Assembly: GCA_050294405.1 (NCBI GenBank)
Contig: JBNKOC010000025.1
Location: forward strand, 64,001 to 128,000
DNA length: 64,000 nt
Direction of reading: 5' to 3'
DNA from: Fibrobacteria bacterium
GTDB taxonomy: Bacteria; Fibrobacterota; Fibrobacteria; UBA11236; JADFYW01
Positions 8,785-21,788 of the stretch are shown in pieces (the stretch's first letter is position 1; each line of letters begins with the position of its first letter). The notes under the pieces are model-generated. The model saw nothing but the letters and a program-made list of their open reading frames with translations, made no database searches and had not been told where the DNA came from. A program made the position numbers and the translations under genes.

Positions 8785-10088
8785 GTGCCCAATTTTTTAA
8801 AGGTGGAATCACAAAATGCCTGATTGAATTCGGGCATATTTTTATAAGTGTAATCCATTATGGAATCCCACATGGGCTTGTGTTCCATACATAAATAGGC
8901 AAATACATCGTCTTTCCATGGTTTTAAAGCCTCTAAAACATGCTGGTACAGTTTTTTGCGAATTTCAAAAGGATAAGTGAGTTTACCGTCGGGGGTTTCT
9001 TCAAAGGGCATTTGCAAAATTTTAGTATGTTGGCGGTTTTTGCGCAATTGATGATCCATTCCTTTTAAAAAGGTGACCGTACCCAAAGATGTATATAAAA
9101 CTTCCTCCTTGGAAAACATGCTCTGAATTTTTTCTATGAGCAGGGAATACTCTTCTTCCCAGTTTTCAAAATATATGATAGGGTGGAAGTGAAAAGCCAG
9201 CTTCATGCCTTTATCGGCAACCTTCCTTGCCGCTAGCAAACGGGCTTCCAGGGACGCGGTTTTCTTTTCTTCATTGAGCACTATTTTTTCGGGATTTACG
9301 GACCAACCGCAACATACATTAGCTGGAAAAGGATTGTCTAAAAAGTAGCTTATGTTTGAGGATTTAGTCTTAAACTCAAGTAGAATATTTGGATGAGATT
9401 CGGCAAAGTCGCATAAATCCTTTAAAATGTTGTTTTTATTTCCCCACATTAGTGAGTCGGAATACTCTCCTGTGCATATATGTTGAGGAATATTGGGATC
9501 AATATGTATGGAGCTTAATTTTTCTTTTAGATTTGTGGGGACCTTTATTTCAGCTTCGTCATAATGGTTTTGTAGCACGCAGTAAGAACATTCCATGGCG
9601 CAATTTTCCACAATGTTCAATACTTTGAGGTTGCAACATACAGCCCTTTCTGAAGCGGCGGGGCACAGCCTGTAAATATTCCCTGTTAATTTTTTTTCGC
9701 TGTAATGGTACTTGGCAAATTTTTCTTTTTCATTGGGAATTTCAAATTTTTTTGGTTGGGCCCGAATGGATTCATAATGTTTTTTTATTTCTTTAAAAAT
9801 CCACTCCCCTTTTTGTTTATCTGTCCAGGGAAAATTTTTCTGCGTTAGATAGTCAATTCTGGATAACAGTTCTTTTTCCAGACTGGGTTCTTTCCACATT
9901 CTAATATCAACCAGCCATTCGCTCAGTATTTTTAGCTGCTGGAAGCTAAAACGATATTTAGCTTCCAATATTCCAATCAATTCCCTTTCTGAGTTACTGA
10001 GTTGCTCCAATAGGGGTAAATTGCTTTGTTTGGGCTGGGATAAATTCATTAGGTTGGAAAATTTATAATTAATGCCTATTCCCACCAA
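8781..10088 (-). CDS. Spore photoproduct lyase-like radical SAM protein with N-terminal extension
   Basis: CAMECSYC cluster motif, TGEYSDSL, EFKTKS, WSVNP, LAFHFHPII, YLCME. True start may be ATG 10049. Confidence 0.85.
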   Translation of the reverse strand: MVGIGINYKFSNLMNLSQPKQSNLPLLEQLSNSERELIGILEAKYRFSFQQLKILSEWLVDIRMWKEPSLEKELLSRIDYLTQKNFPWTDKQKGEWIFKEIKKHYESIRAQPKKFEIPNEKEKFAKYHYSEKKLTGNIYRLCPAASERAVCCNLKVLNIVENCAMECSYCVLQNHYDEAEIKVPTNLKEKLSSIHIDPNIPQHICTGEYSDSLMWGNKNNILKDLCDFAESHPNILLEFKTKSSNISYFLDNPFPANVCCGWSVNPEKIVLNEEKKTASLEARLLAARKVADKGMKLAFHFHPIIYFENWEEEYSLLIEKIQSMFSKEEVLYTSLGTVTFLKGMDHQLRKNRQHTKILQMPFEETPDGKLTYPFEIRKKLYQHVLEALKPWKDDVFAYLCMEHKPMWDSIMDYTYKNMPEFNQAFCDSTFKKLGT

Positions 10089-10097
10089 ACCCAGCCC

Positions 10098-10126
10098 TTT
10101 AGAAATGGGAAATTGTTAACTAGATT
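10098..10126 (+). promoter_or_regulatory. Candidate sigma70 promoter of the thi operon
   Basis: TTTAGA-N17-TAGATT immediately upstream of the riboswitch P1 stem. Confidence 0.4.
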
Positions 10127-10129
10127 GAA

Positions 10130-10215
10130 AGAGTCTTTGGGGGTGTCCTGTTGCCGGGACTGAGAAAATACCCTTTGAACTTGATGCAATTTGCATTGTC
10201 GGAAGGAAAAGGCAA
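10130..10215 (+). ncRNA. TPP riboswitch (THI element)
   Basis: P1 GTCTTT/AAAGGC, GGGGTG, P3 GTCCTG/CGGGAC, conserved CTGAGA, ATACCC, GAACTTGAT, P5 GCAAT/ATTGT, CGGAAGGAA; lies directly upstream of thiS-thiC. Confidence 0.92.
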
Positions 10216-10262
10216 AATGAACTATCCCGATTTTAAAAAGCAAAGCCCTCAGTTTTAGGTTT

Positions 10263-12934
<2,672 letters not shown>

Positions 12935-12953
<19 letters not shown>

Positions 12954-13708
12954 TAAGTATTGGTGGTTTTGATCCCTGTGGTGGTGCAGGTGTTGCCGCC
13001 GATATTAAAACCTGCGAACATATCGGGGTTTATGGTCTTAGCGTTTGCACGGCTATTACCTCTCAAAATCATTGGGAACTTAAATCCGTAGAATGGGTAT
13101 CGAAAAGCACGGTAGAATCCCAAATTAAGGGCTTGGGAAAAAATTACCATATTCAGGCTGTTAAAATTGGCTTTATTGAAAATTTAAGTTTATTGGAATG
13201 GGTGGTTTATTATTTCAGAAACCATTATCCCGATGCTTTTATTGTTTGGGATCCCATTTTGTACTCCTCTTCGGGTTTTGATGTGCATAACAAATGGGAA
13301 ATGTCGAAAATTACAGCCCTAATAGGGCAATTAAATTTGATTACCCCCAACCGAAGCGAATGGGAAAAATTACTGGAGCACGAGCCTGCGTTGTTAAATC
13401 ATGCAGCTGCAGTTCTTATTACAAGTTGGCGTAATAATGGGGAAATAGTGGAGGATATGTTGATCCGAAACCGGCACAAACATTTATATAAACATCCTGT
13501 GATTCCCATGGGTGAAAAACATGGTTCAGGATGTGTGTTGTCCACCTCGATTGCCTCATATATGTGCCTTAGATACAGTCTTGAAGAATCTTGCCGAAGG
13601 GGGATCGCCGAAACCCAGGAGTATTTAAAAAGCTCGGAAAGCAAATGGGGTACTCATAAAACCAGGGCGAATCCGGATATGGTAGGGATGGAATATGCCG
13701 GAAATTAG
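12935..13708 (+). CDS. thiD: Hydroxymethylpyrimidine/phosphomethylpyrimidine kinase
   Basis: GGFDPCGGAGVAADIKT, VKIG, WDPIL, ITPN, KHGSGCVLS. Confidence 0.92.
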
Positions 13709-14348
13709 CAGGCTTCATTACATTACCCAGGATGGATTACCTCAATCCCATTTGGAGCAAGTTAAAATGGCTGTGGAATCCGGGCTTGATTGGATTCAAT
13801 TGCGAATTAAAAATCAACCTGCAAAAAAAGTTGAAGAGCTATTAAAAAAGGCTCTTGAAATCACGAAGCCCGCAGGCGTGAGCTTAATTCTTAATGATTA
13901 TTATGAAATAGCTTTTAAATGGGGAGCCCAGGGAGTGCACTTGGGGCAAACAGATGCTTCTATTGATGAAGTTAAAAAAAAGGCTCCAAAAAATTTTATC
14001 ATTGGCGGAACATGCAATACCCTTGAACAATTGCGGGAAGTATATAACATGGGCGCAGACTATGCGGGTCTGGGTCCTTTTAGATATACCAGCACCAAAA
14101 AGAACCTTTCTCCCGTTTTGGGATTAAAAGGGGTTTCTCAAATTTTACAACAAAATACAGCTATTCCAGTGGTGGTTATCGGTGGACTGGATGTTTATGA
14201 TTTAAAAGACTTGGCGGATGTTGGGGCTTATGGCATTGCGCTCTCCTCTACAATCAATGTATCTGAAAATCCCAGCATAAAAATTGCTGAAATTCAAAAA
14301 GAAATGCATCGACAATGGCCCGAATATGAAATGGAAACAACAGGATAA
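13695..14348 (+). CDS. thiE: Thiamine phosphate synthase
   Basis: WIQLRIK, LILND, GVHLGQTD, GLGPFRYTSTKK, VIGG. Confidence 0.93.
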   Translation: MPEISRLHYITQDGLPQSHLEQVKMAVESGLDWIQLRIKNQPAKKVEELLKKALEITKPAGVSLILNDYYEIAFKWGAQGVHLGQTDASIDEVKKKAPKNFIIGGTCNTLEQLREVYNMGADYAGLGPFRYTSTKKNLSPVLGLKGVSQILQQNTAIPVVVIGGLDVYDLKDLADVGAYGIALSSTINVSENPSIKIAEIQKEMHRQWPEYEMETTG

Positions 14349-14354
14349 TAAGGC

Positions 14355-15131
14355 ATGACAGACTCTCCTTTAACGATTGCAGGCAAAGAATTTAAATCAA
14401 GGCTTTTTACGGGAACTGGTAAGTTCGCTTCCAATTCTATAATGAGAGAATCTCTTTTGGAGTCGGGAAGTGAATTGGTAACCGTTGCCCTCAAGCGGAT
14501 TGATTTTGACAATTCAGAAGAAGATATTTTGCTTTATTTAAAAGACAGCCAGTTTAACCTTTTGCCAAATACATCGGGAGTCAGAACGGCTAAAGAAGCG
14601 GTGTTTGCAGCTCAAATGGCCAGAGAGGCCCTGGGCACCAATTGGATAAAATTGGAAATACACCCCGATCCCAGAAACTTAATGCCTGATCCCATTGAAA
14701 CCCTGGAGGCTGCCGGTCAATTGGTCAAATTGGGTTTTGTTGTATTACCTTATATACATGCGGATCCCATTCTTTGCAAGCGTCTGGAGGATGTGGGTGT
14801 GGCTGCCGTAATGCCCTTGGGCTCACCCATTGGAAGTAACAACGGGCTTAAAACCAAAGATATGTTAGAGATGATAATAGATGCCTCGTCAGTGCCTGTG
14901 GTGGTGGATGCAGGAATTGGAGCGCCCTCCCATGCTGCAGAAGCCATGGAACTTGGCGCAAGCGCCGTATTGGTAAACACAGCCATTGCTGTGGCTGGGA
15001 ACCCCGTTGCCATGGCCAGGGCTTTTAAACTTTCCGTGGAAGCGGGTCGTATGGCCCATGTATCTGGCCTTGGAGTGACTGGGAAAATTGGGGATACTAC
15101 CAGCCCATTAACACAATTTTTAGACAATTGA
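14355..15131 (+). CDS. thiG: Thiazole synthase
   Basis: [39 protein letters not shown]. Confidence 0.97.
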   Translation: MTDSPLTIAGKEFKSRLFTGTGKFASNSIMRESLLESGSELVTVALKRIDFDNSEEDILLYLKDSQFNLLPNTSGVRTAKEAVFAAQMAREALGTNWIKLEIHPDPRNLMPDPIETLEAAGQLVKLGFVVLPYIHADPILCKRLEDVGVAAVMPLGSPIGSNNGLKTKDMLEMIIDASSVPVVVDAGIGAPSHAAEAMELGASAVLVNTAIAVAGNPVAMARAFKLSVEAGRMAHVSGLGVTGKIGDTTSPLTQFLDN

Positions 15132-15133
15132 TA

Positions 15134-16267
15134 ATGCAACAAAACTATTCTGATTTTTATACCGAGTTTAACAAGTTTCCCTGGGAACAGGTGAAATCCT
15201 TTTTTAATGAGGTTTCTTCTGCGGATGTGGAAGCGAGCCTTAAAAAATCCCGTCGGAACATATGGGATTTTGCCAGGCTTATATCTCCTGCTGCCTCTGA
15301 CTATCTGGAGGATATGGCCAGGGCAAGCCAGGGACTAACCCAAAAGCGATTTGGCAAAACAATTCAAATGTATACTCCCATATACCTTTCCAACAAATGT
15401 CAGAATATTTGTTTGTACTGCGGGTTCAGCCAAAACAATAAAGTGGACAGAAAAGTGCTGACTCCCCAAGAAATTTGCCAGGAAATGAAACATGTAAAAA
15501 ACATGGGCTACGAACATATTTTGTTCGTGACAGGAGAGTCCAACGATGTGGGGTTGGAATACTTTATGGAGGCCATGGAATTGGCTAAAAAAGAATTTTC
15601 CCAAATCTCATTTGAAGTGCAGCCCATGGATGAAGAGGAATACAAGGCCTTAATTGATAATGGTTTGCACAGCGTACTATTGTATCAGGAAACCTATAAC
15701 GAAAATCGCTACAAGGAAGTGCATCCCAAGGGTAAAAAAAGTTTTTTTAAAAACCGCCTGCTATCGCCGGAAAAGATTGGCAGGGCCGGAGCTTATAAAA
15801 TTGGCCTTGGTTGTTTGCTCGGCTTGGATGATTGGCGGACGGACTCCTTTTTTACAGCTCTTCACGCCCAGTATTTAAACCGAAAATTTTGGAAGTCCAA
15901 ATTTTCCATTTCTTTTCCCCGGCTAAGGCCTTTTCAAGGCCAGTTTCAGCCAAACAGTATTATGACAGACAGAGAGTTTGTTCAGTTAATATGCGCTTAC
16001 CGTTTATTAGATCCCAATTTGGAGCTTTCTCTTTCAACTAGAGAGGCCCCTAAATTCAGGGACAATCTAATTGGCCTGGGCATAACTACGGTGAGTGCTG
16101 GTTCTAAAACCAACCCCGGCGGCTATTCTGAACCGGATTCCAGTCTGGAGCAGTTTGAAATCCATGACAACCGTTCCCCTGCCCAAATGGCTGAGGCTAT
16201 TCGAAATAGGGGTTATGAGCCTGTCTGGAAAGATTGGGACCCAGCCTTGGCTCAAAATTCTCAATAA
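15134..16267 (+). CDS. thiH: 2-iminoacetate synthase (tyrosine lyase, radical SAM)
   Basis: YLSNKCQNICLYCGF, YQETY, SFPRLRP, SLSTRE, SAGSKTNPGGY, WKDWD. Track start is TTG 15128. Confidence 0.96.
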   Translation: MQQNYSDFYTEFNKFPWEQVKSFFNEVSSADVEASLKKSRRNIWDFARLISPAASDYLEDMARASQGLTQKRFGKTIQMYTPIYLSNKCQNICLYCGFSQNNKVDRKVLTPQEICQEMKHVKNMGYEHILFVTGESNDVGLEYFMEAMELAKKEFSQISFEVQPMDEEEYKALIDNGLHSVLLYQETYNENRYKEVHPKGKKSFFKNRLLSPEKIGRAGAYKIGLGCLLGLDDWRTDSFFTALHAQYLNRKFWKSKFSISFPRLRPFQGQFQPNSIMTDREFVQLICAYRLLDPNLELSLSTREAPKFRDNLIGLGITTVSAGSKTNPGGYSEPDSSLEQFEIHDNRSPAQMAEAIRNRGYEPVWKDWDPALAQNSQ

Positions 16268-16325
16268 ATTTGTTGTTGCTCCTGCTTTAACTTAAATTCT
16301 CTGGCTTAAATTTTGTTGGAGCATT

Positions 16326-18137
16326 ATGTCGGAATTAAATGAAAAAATTCGCAACGTTGCCATTATCGCTCATGTAGATCACGGCAAAACTACTCTTGTA
16401 GATCAATTGATGAAGTTCTGCCAGCTCTTTCGTGAAAACCAGGAAGTAGAAGATTGTTTCCTGGACAATAACGATCAGGAGCGTGAACGAGGCATTACTA
16501 TTTTGGCCAAGAACATATCCCTTAACTATGGCGATATTAAAATAAACCTTATAGATACCCCTGGGCACTCGGATTTTTCAGGTGAAGTGGAAAGAGTTCT
16601 GAAGTTAGCTGATGGATGTTTGTTACTGGTGGATGCCCATGACGGTGTTATGCCTCAAACCCGCTTTGTTTTGAAGAAGGCGTTGCAGGTAGGTTTAAAA
16701 CCCATAGTGGTGATGAATAAAATGGATCGTCCCGATGCCCGTCCCCAGGAAGCATTGGATTCCGTCTATAATCTGTTTATTGACTTTAATGTATCTGATG
16801 AAGAATTGGACTTTCCTATTTTATATTGTTCCGGCAGAAGCGGTTGGGCCAGCACAGATATTGGAGTTAAGGGAGAAAACTTAGGCCCCTTAATGGAAGC
16901 CATTGTTAACCATATCCCTGGCCCCAAGGCTCCATCAGGACCCGTGCTTATGCAAATCACCAGCTTTGAGTATTCCGATTACCTTGGCCGAATTGGAGTG
17001 GGAAGAGTATATCGGGGAGAATTAAAATTAAAATCTCCCTTAAGTCTTATTAAAAGAGATGGCAGCAGCAAAAAAGTAATGTTAAAAAAGCTTTTTGTGT
17101 TTGAAGGTTTGGGAAAGGCCGAAGTCGAATCTGTGGCGGCTGGAGAAATGTGCGCCGTTGTGGGTGTGGATGACGTGGAAATTGGAGACAGTTTAAGCGA
17201 TTGGGAAAATCAAGAAGCTCTGCCTCCCATTCCATTAGAAGAACCTACTATCAGCATGATGTTTGCAGCCAATGATTCACCGGGTTTTGGCAGTGACGGA
17301 AAATTCGTAACCAGCCGTCACTTGCGAGACGCCTTGTTTAAAGCTGCAGAAAGAGATGTTGCGGTACGCGTGGAACCCAGCGAAGAAAGAGAAGGCCGCT
17401 TTAAGGTTTACGGTAGAGGCATTTTGCATTTATCCGTATTAATTGAAAACCTTCGCAGGAAAGGTTATGAGTTATTAGCCGGCCAGCCCCAGGTGGTGTA
17501 TAAAGAAATAGACGGCGTTCTCCATGAGCCTGTGGAAACCCTGGTGGTTGAGGTTAAAGAAGAGTATGCCGGAAAAGTAATAGAGCAGGTAGCCAAACGT
17601 AAAGGCGAGTTGCTGCACATTGATTACATAACCGATGGACAAATACAAAATTATGAAATTCCCTCCAGAGGCTTAATTGGTTTGAGAAGTATGTTGCTAA
17701 ATGCATGCTCTGGTAACATCGTAATGAACCACCGTTTTAAAGCCTTTCAGCCCAAGGCGGGAGAAATGCAGGGCCGCCCTTATGGGGTTTTGGTTTCCAA
17801 GGAAGAAGGGTCTGCTGTTCCATACGCTATTGCCAACTTGCAGGATAGGGGAGAGTTTTTCTTGGATCCCGGAGTTCATGTATATAAGGGCCAAATTGTG
17901 GGAGCCCATTGCAAAGATGGAGATTTGGAAGTTAACATTCAAAAAGAAAAAAAGCTTTCCAATATGCGTGCTGCAGGAAGCGATCGCAGTTTAAAAATTG
18001 CTCCAGCGCTAAAAATGACTCTGGAAGATGCCCTGGAGTTTATTGAATCCGATGAATGGGTGGAAGTGACTCCTAACTACATCAGATTAAGAAAAATGGA
18101 ATTGGATCCCTTACGCAGAAAAAGGGCTGTGGCTTGA
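16326..18137 (+). CDS. typA: Translational GTPase TypA/BipA
   Basis: IIAHVDHGKTTLVD, ERERGITILAKN, DTPGHSDF, NKMD, GRGILHL, EVTPNYIRLRK. Confidence 0.97.
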   Translation: MSELNEKIRNVAIIAHVDHGKTTLVDQLMKFCQLFRENQEVEDCFLDNNDQERERGITILAKNISLNYGDIKINLIDTPGHSDFSGEVERVLKLADGCLLLVDAHDGVMPQTRFVLKKALQVGLKPIVVMNKMDRPDARPQEALDSVYNLFIDFNVSDEELDFPILYCSGRSGWASTDIGVKGENLGPLMEAIVNHIPGPKAPSGPVLMQITSFEYSDYLGRIGVGRVYRGELKLKSPLSLIKRDGSSKKVMLKKLFVFEGLGKAEVESVAAGEMCAVVGVDDVEIGDSLSDWENQEALPPIPLEEPTISMMFAANDSPGFGSDGKFVTSRHLRDALFKAAERDVAVRVEPSEEREGRFKVYGRGILHLSVLIENLRRKGYELLAGQPQVVYKEIDGVLHEPVETLVVEVKEEYAGKVIEQVAKRKGELLHIDYITDGQIQNYEIPSRGLIGLRSMLLNACSGNIVMNHRFKAFQPKAGEMQGRPYGVLVSKEEGSAVPYAIANLQDRGEFFLDPGVHVYKGQIVGAHCKDGDLEVNIQKEKKLSNMRAAGSDRSLKIAPALKMTLEDALEFIESDEWVEVTPNYIRLRKMELDPLRRKRAVA

Positions 18138-18139
18138 TT

Positions 18140-18571
18140 TCAAGCAGCTTTTGGCTGCTTTTTTTCCATATGTAATTGAACCTTTTGGATAAGGTTCTTT
18201 TTATCCACTGGTTTTACCAGATAGTCCTTGGCGCCGGCTTTTATAGCCTCCATTATTTTTTCTTTACGTCCCTCGGCGGTGACCATGATTACGGGTATAT
18301 TTCTCCAAACTTCCATGCTGTGGAGTCTTTGCAGAAAATCAAAACCACTCATATCATCTCTTAAATTCCAATCCAGTAAGATTAGCTGGACTTTTTCCAG
18401 AATAAGGCTTTCAAAGGCATCATCGGTTTTGAAACAAGTAACCAGCCTATATTTTTTTAATTCTTCAATGGAATTAAATTGAGCACTAAACATGCTCAGC
18501 ATAACCGGCGTATCATCGATGGCGAGGATAACAGGAAGGTTGGACTCCTTGTGTTCCTGAATATTTGCCAT
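18140..18571 (-). CDS. Single-domain CheY-like response regulator
   Basis: AIDD, ILLDWN phosphoacceptor, MVTAE, DYLVKP; follows cheX. Confidence 0.88.
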   Translation of the reverse strand: MANIQEHKESNLPVILAIDDTPVMLSMFSAQFNSIEELKKYRLVTCFKTDDAFESLILEKVQLILLDWNLRDDMSGFDFLQRLHSMEVWRNIPVIMVTAEGRKEKIMEAIKAGAKDYLVKPVDKKNLIQKVQLHMEKKQPKAA

Positions 18572-18588
18572 TTTTTTAAAACTTAGGG

Positions 18589-19062
18589 TTAAACGCTTTT
18601 CAGGTTAACAGCCACATCAAAGTGACCGGCATCGCATTCAAAAGGGATAATCATACTGAGTACATCTTTAGGTTCAAAAATGCTGTGCTCTGAACCCATC
18701 ACCACAGTTGGAAGGGAAATGTTAATTTTAAAATCTACCAGATTCTTTTTTGCGGAACCGGCAATAATGTTTGCCAGTTCTCCAACGGCATCAGTAATAT
18801 CCTCATTTAAATCGGGAACAGTTTCCCCGATAAACGCACTCACCACTTTTAGCGCGGTTTCCTTGGGAAAACTGATTACCACACTTCCCTTAGCTTCGCC
18901 ACTTAATCCAATGACCCCGGAAACATCATAACTCACACCCATTCCCTGCTTTAAGGAAGGTTTACCTGGTTTAGCCTTCATCCCTATCATGGTTTCAAAA
19001 GAATTACAGGTTGCCTGCAAAAAGGGGTTTATATGTTCAACTTTCGGAGGTGAGATTGCCAT
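18589..19062 (-). CDS. cheX: Chemotaxis phosphatase CheX
   Basis: INPF, VSGVIGLSG, DAVGELANIIAG (E-x2-N), ISLPTVVMG. Confidence 0.92.
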   Translation of the reverse strand: MAISPPKVEHINPFLQATCNSFETMIGMKAKPGKPSLKQGMGVSYDVSGVIGLSGEAKGSVVISFPKETALKVVSAFIGETVPDLNEDITDAVGELANIIAGSAKKNLVDFKINISLPTVVMGSEHSIFEPKDVLSMIIPFECDAGHFDVAVNLKSV

Positions 19063-19213
19063 TTATGACTCACTGGTTTAGGTTTAACTGTATTTTGCCT
19101 TGCTCATTACAAATGCCGCGCTATTAACCAAGGATATTACTATTTTTTCAATTTTTCCATAAAATAATGCAAAAAAGGCTAAATTTTACTTTTTAAAGGG
19201 AAAATGAAATAGA

Positions 19214-21028
19214 ATGGAGCTCACTAAAAAACTTCAAATTTTGTTGGAAAACAAGCAATTGCACATTATTGAAGAAGAGGTGGATCCCTATTTGGAAATG
19301 GCGGAAATTCAGCGCCAATGCCACGCTGAATCTGGTCCGGCACTTTGGTTTAAAAATATCAAGGGCTGCTCTTATTCAGCTGTTAGCAATTTATTTGGCA
19401 GTCAGGAAAGGCTGTCCCTTTTATTTGGGAAAAGTTTTCCAGCCTTAAAAACCCTTATTGAATTAAAAAAAGATCCCGCCTACGCTTTTGCCAATCCTTT
19501 GGAGCTTGCCCGGCTTCCAGGGGCGGCTTTAAATTTACTTCCAAAAAAAATTTCTCCCACGCCTTCAGTTTGGGAAGAGAAAAAAATAGAGGATTTACCC
19601 CAAATCGTTTCCTGGCCCGAAGATGGCGGGGCCTTTGTAACCTTGCCCCAGGTTTACACAGAAAGCCCGAGTAAACCCGGTTGGAAAAACTCCAATATGG
19701 GCATGTATCGCATACAATTGTCCGGGGGAGAATACATAGCTAATCAGGAAATTGGTTTGCATTACCAAATTCATAGGGGTATTGGTTTACATCATGCTGA
19801 AGCACTGGAAAAAGCTGAGGAGTTGAAGGTTAGTGTTTTTGTGGGCGGGCCTCCGGCCCATACCATGGCGGCTGTTATGCCCTTGCCCGAGGGTTTATCT
19901 GAATTGAGTTTTGCCGGTGCCTTAAATGGCAATAGGTTTAGGTATTATTACGAGGATGGTTTTTTAATCAGTGCGGATGCTGATTTTTGCATATTAGGAA
20001 CAATTTCCCTAAAAGATTTAAAGCCGGAAGGGCCTTTTGGAGATCATCTGGGTTATTATTCTTTAAAGCACGCTTTTCCATTTTTAAAAGTGCATAAGGT
20101 GCTCTGCAAACCCAAAGGCATATGGCTTTTTACGGTTGTGGGGCGTCCTCCTCAGGAGGACTCTTACTTTGGGAGCTTTATCCACCAATTAACATCTCCT
20201 TTGATTTCCAAAGAAATACCGGGGGTTAAGGAAGTTCATGCGGTAGATGAGGCTGGGGTCCATCCGCTTATGTTAGCTATCGCAAAAGAGCGATATGTGC
20301 CCTATGAAAAACGCCGGCCCATGGAAATTCTACGGGCTGCCAACGCAGTTTTGGGTTATGGACAATGCTCTCTTACCAAATACCTTTGGATTGCCGCCGC
20401 CGAAGATAATCCAAGTCTTTCCACCCACAATCTCAAAGAGTATTTCCAACATGTGTTGGAGCGCATTGATTTTAAAAAAGATTTACATTTTCAAACGCAA
20501 ACCACTATTGATACACTGGATTATACCGGCCACGGTTTGAATCAGGGTTCTAAATTAATACTGGCTGCTGCCGGGGAGCCGATACGCAGTTTAGGTCAAA
20601 AAGAAGATGTAACCATAAAATTGTCAGGCGGCTTTACAGGGCCTTATTTTGTTATGCCTGGCGTTTTAAGCGTAACAGGGCCTAAGTATGTTGATGCGAA
20701 TGCTTCGGCTTCAGATTTAACATCTCTTTCCAGGGAGTTTGAATCCTGGGAAAAAAGAGACCATTTTCCCTTAATTGTTTTATCAGATGACGGTGAATTT
20801 GCAGCCCAGAACCTGGCAAATTTTTTATGGGTTTGTTTTACGCGCTCCGATCCTGCTCAGGATGTAGACGGACTTAATTCTAAAATCATTAACAAACACT
20901 GGAGCTGCGAGTCTCCATTAATTATTGATGCACGCACAAAGCCTCATCACGCGCCAGCTCTTGTTTCAGATGAAAATACAGGGCAAAAAGTAAAAGATTT
21001 TTGGCTGCCAAAAATCTTGCGGAAATAA
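19214..21028 (+). CDS. UbiD-family (prenylated-FMN) decarboxylase
   Basis: SWPEDGG, NMGMYRIQ, EGPFGDHLGYYS, TVVGRPPQED, DTLDYTG; long ~600-aa form. Confidence 0.9.
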   Translation: MELTKKLQILLENKQLHIIEEEVDPYLEMAEIQRQCHAESGPALWFKNIKGCSYSAVSNLFGSQERLSLLFGKSFPALKTLIELKKDPAYAFANPLELARLPGAALNLLPKKISPTPSVWEEKKIEDLPQIVSWPEDGGAFVTLPQVYTESPSKPGWKNSNMGMYRIQLSGGEYIANQEIGLHYQIHRGIGLHHAEALEKAEELKVSVFVGGPPAHTMAAVMPLPEGLSELSFAGALNGNRFRYYYEDGFLISADADFCILGTISLKDLKPEGPFGDHLGYYSLKHAFPFLKVHKVLCKPKGIWLFTVVGRPPQEDSYFGSFIHQLTSPLISKEIPGVKEVHAVDEAGVHPLMLAIAKERYVPYEKRRPMEILRAANAVLGYGQCSLTKYLWIAAAEDNPSLSTHNLKEYFQHVLERIDFKKDLHFQTQTTIDTLDYTGHGLNQGSKLILAAAGEPIRSLGQKEDVTIKLSGGFTGPYFVMPGVLSVTGPKYVDANASASDLTSLSREFESWEKRDHFPLIVLSDDGEFAAQNLANFLWVCFTRSDPAQDVDGLNSKIINKHWSCESPLIIDARTKPHHAPALVSDENTGQKVKDFWLPKILRK

Positions 21029-21040
21029 CCTAGATTGGGT

Positions 21041-21721
21041 TTAGTCTTCTAAGTGGAAATGACCCAGCATTTCCATGATATTGAGTTGGTCCAAAATAAT
21101 TTCGTTGATTCCCTTAAGGGTTAATTTTCCCCCAGAGGCTTCAATTTCATTTTTAATATGGACCCATTCGTATATCCCTTTATCGTCCGCATAAATCAAA
21201 TCCGAAAGCTCAAAAAGAATGCTCTTAACTCCTTCTTTAATTTTGTTTTGGCAAACTTGATGTAAGAGCTCTACATCTGAGGGAGAGTCAATAGTTCCTG
21301 TAAGCTTTAATTGCCAGCTGCCATTATCCAGTTTTTTTTCTTCAATGTTTAATCCGAGTTCCAGGCTCGGATCTTCTTTTGAATTTGTGTCTCTGAATAG
21401 TTCAAAATCCATTTCTTCTTTAGTGGCAAAGGCGTTTAGATAATCCATTAAATTAATTTCCATCAATATTTTTTGGACGCTGGGTTTCAAATTAAACAGG
21501 TACATAGCGCCATCCAGAGCTGTTAATTCTTTTTGAGCTCGGACCAGCACTCCTATTCCCCGGCTATATATGTATCCGACCTGTTTCATGTCCAGGGCGA
21601 CTCTGGATATTTTTTTTTCTTTTAGGCTGGAGAGTTCTGTTTCGAGCTCTTCAACCAGAGCCCCATTAATGTCTCCATCCAATTGCAGGATTTCCGTATT
21701 ATTTTCGTTGTAAATGCGCAT
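21041..21721 (-). CDS. Tandem STAS-domain anti-sigma factor antagonist
   Basis: Two STAS repeats (LDGDIN..LDMKQVGYIYSRGIG and LTGTID..FELSDLIYADDKGI). Confidence 0.85.
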   Translation of the reverse strand: MRIYNENNTEILQLDGDINGALVEELETELSSLKEKKISRVALDMKQVGYIYSRGIGVLVRAQKELTALDGAMYLFNLKPSVQKILMEINLMDYLNAFATKEEMDFELFRDTNSKEDPSLELGLNIEEKKLDNGSWQLKLTGTIDSPSDVELLHQVCQNKIKEGVKSILFELSDLIYADDKGIYEWVHIKNEIEASGGKLTLKGINEIILDQLNIMEMLGHFHLED

Positions 21722-21788
21722 TGCTACCCTCTAACTTTATCCAATTATTTTCTGGAATTCAAAAGGAAAATGAAAACAATCGGTTATT

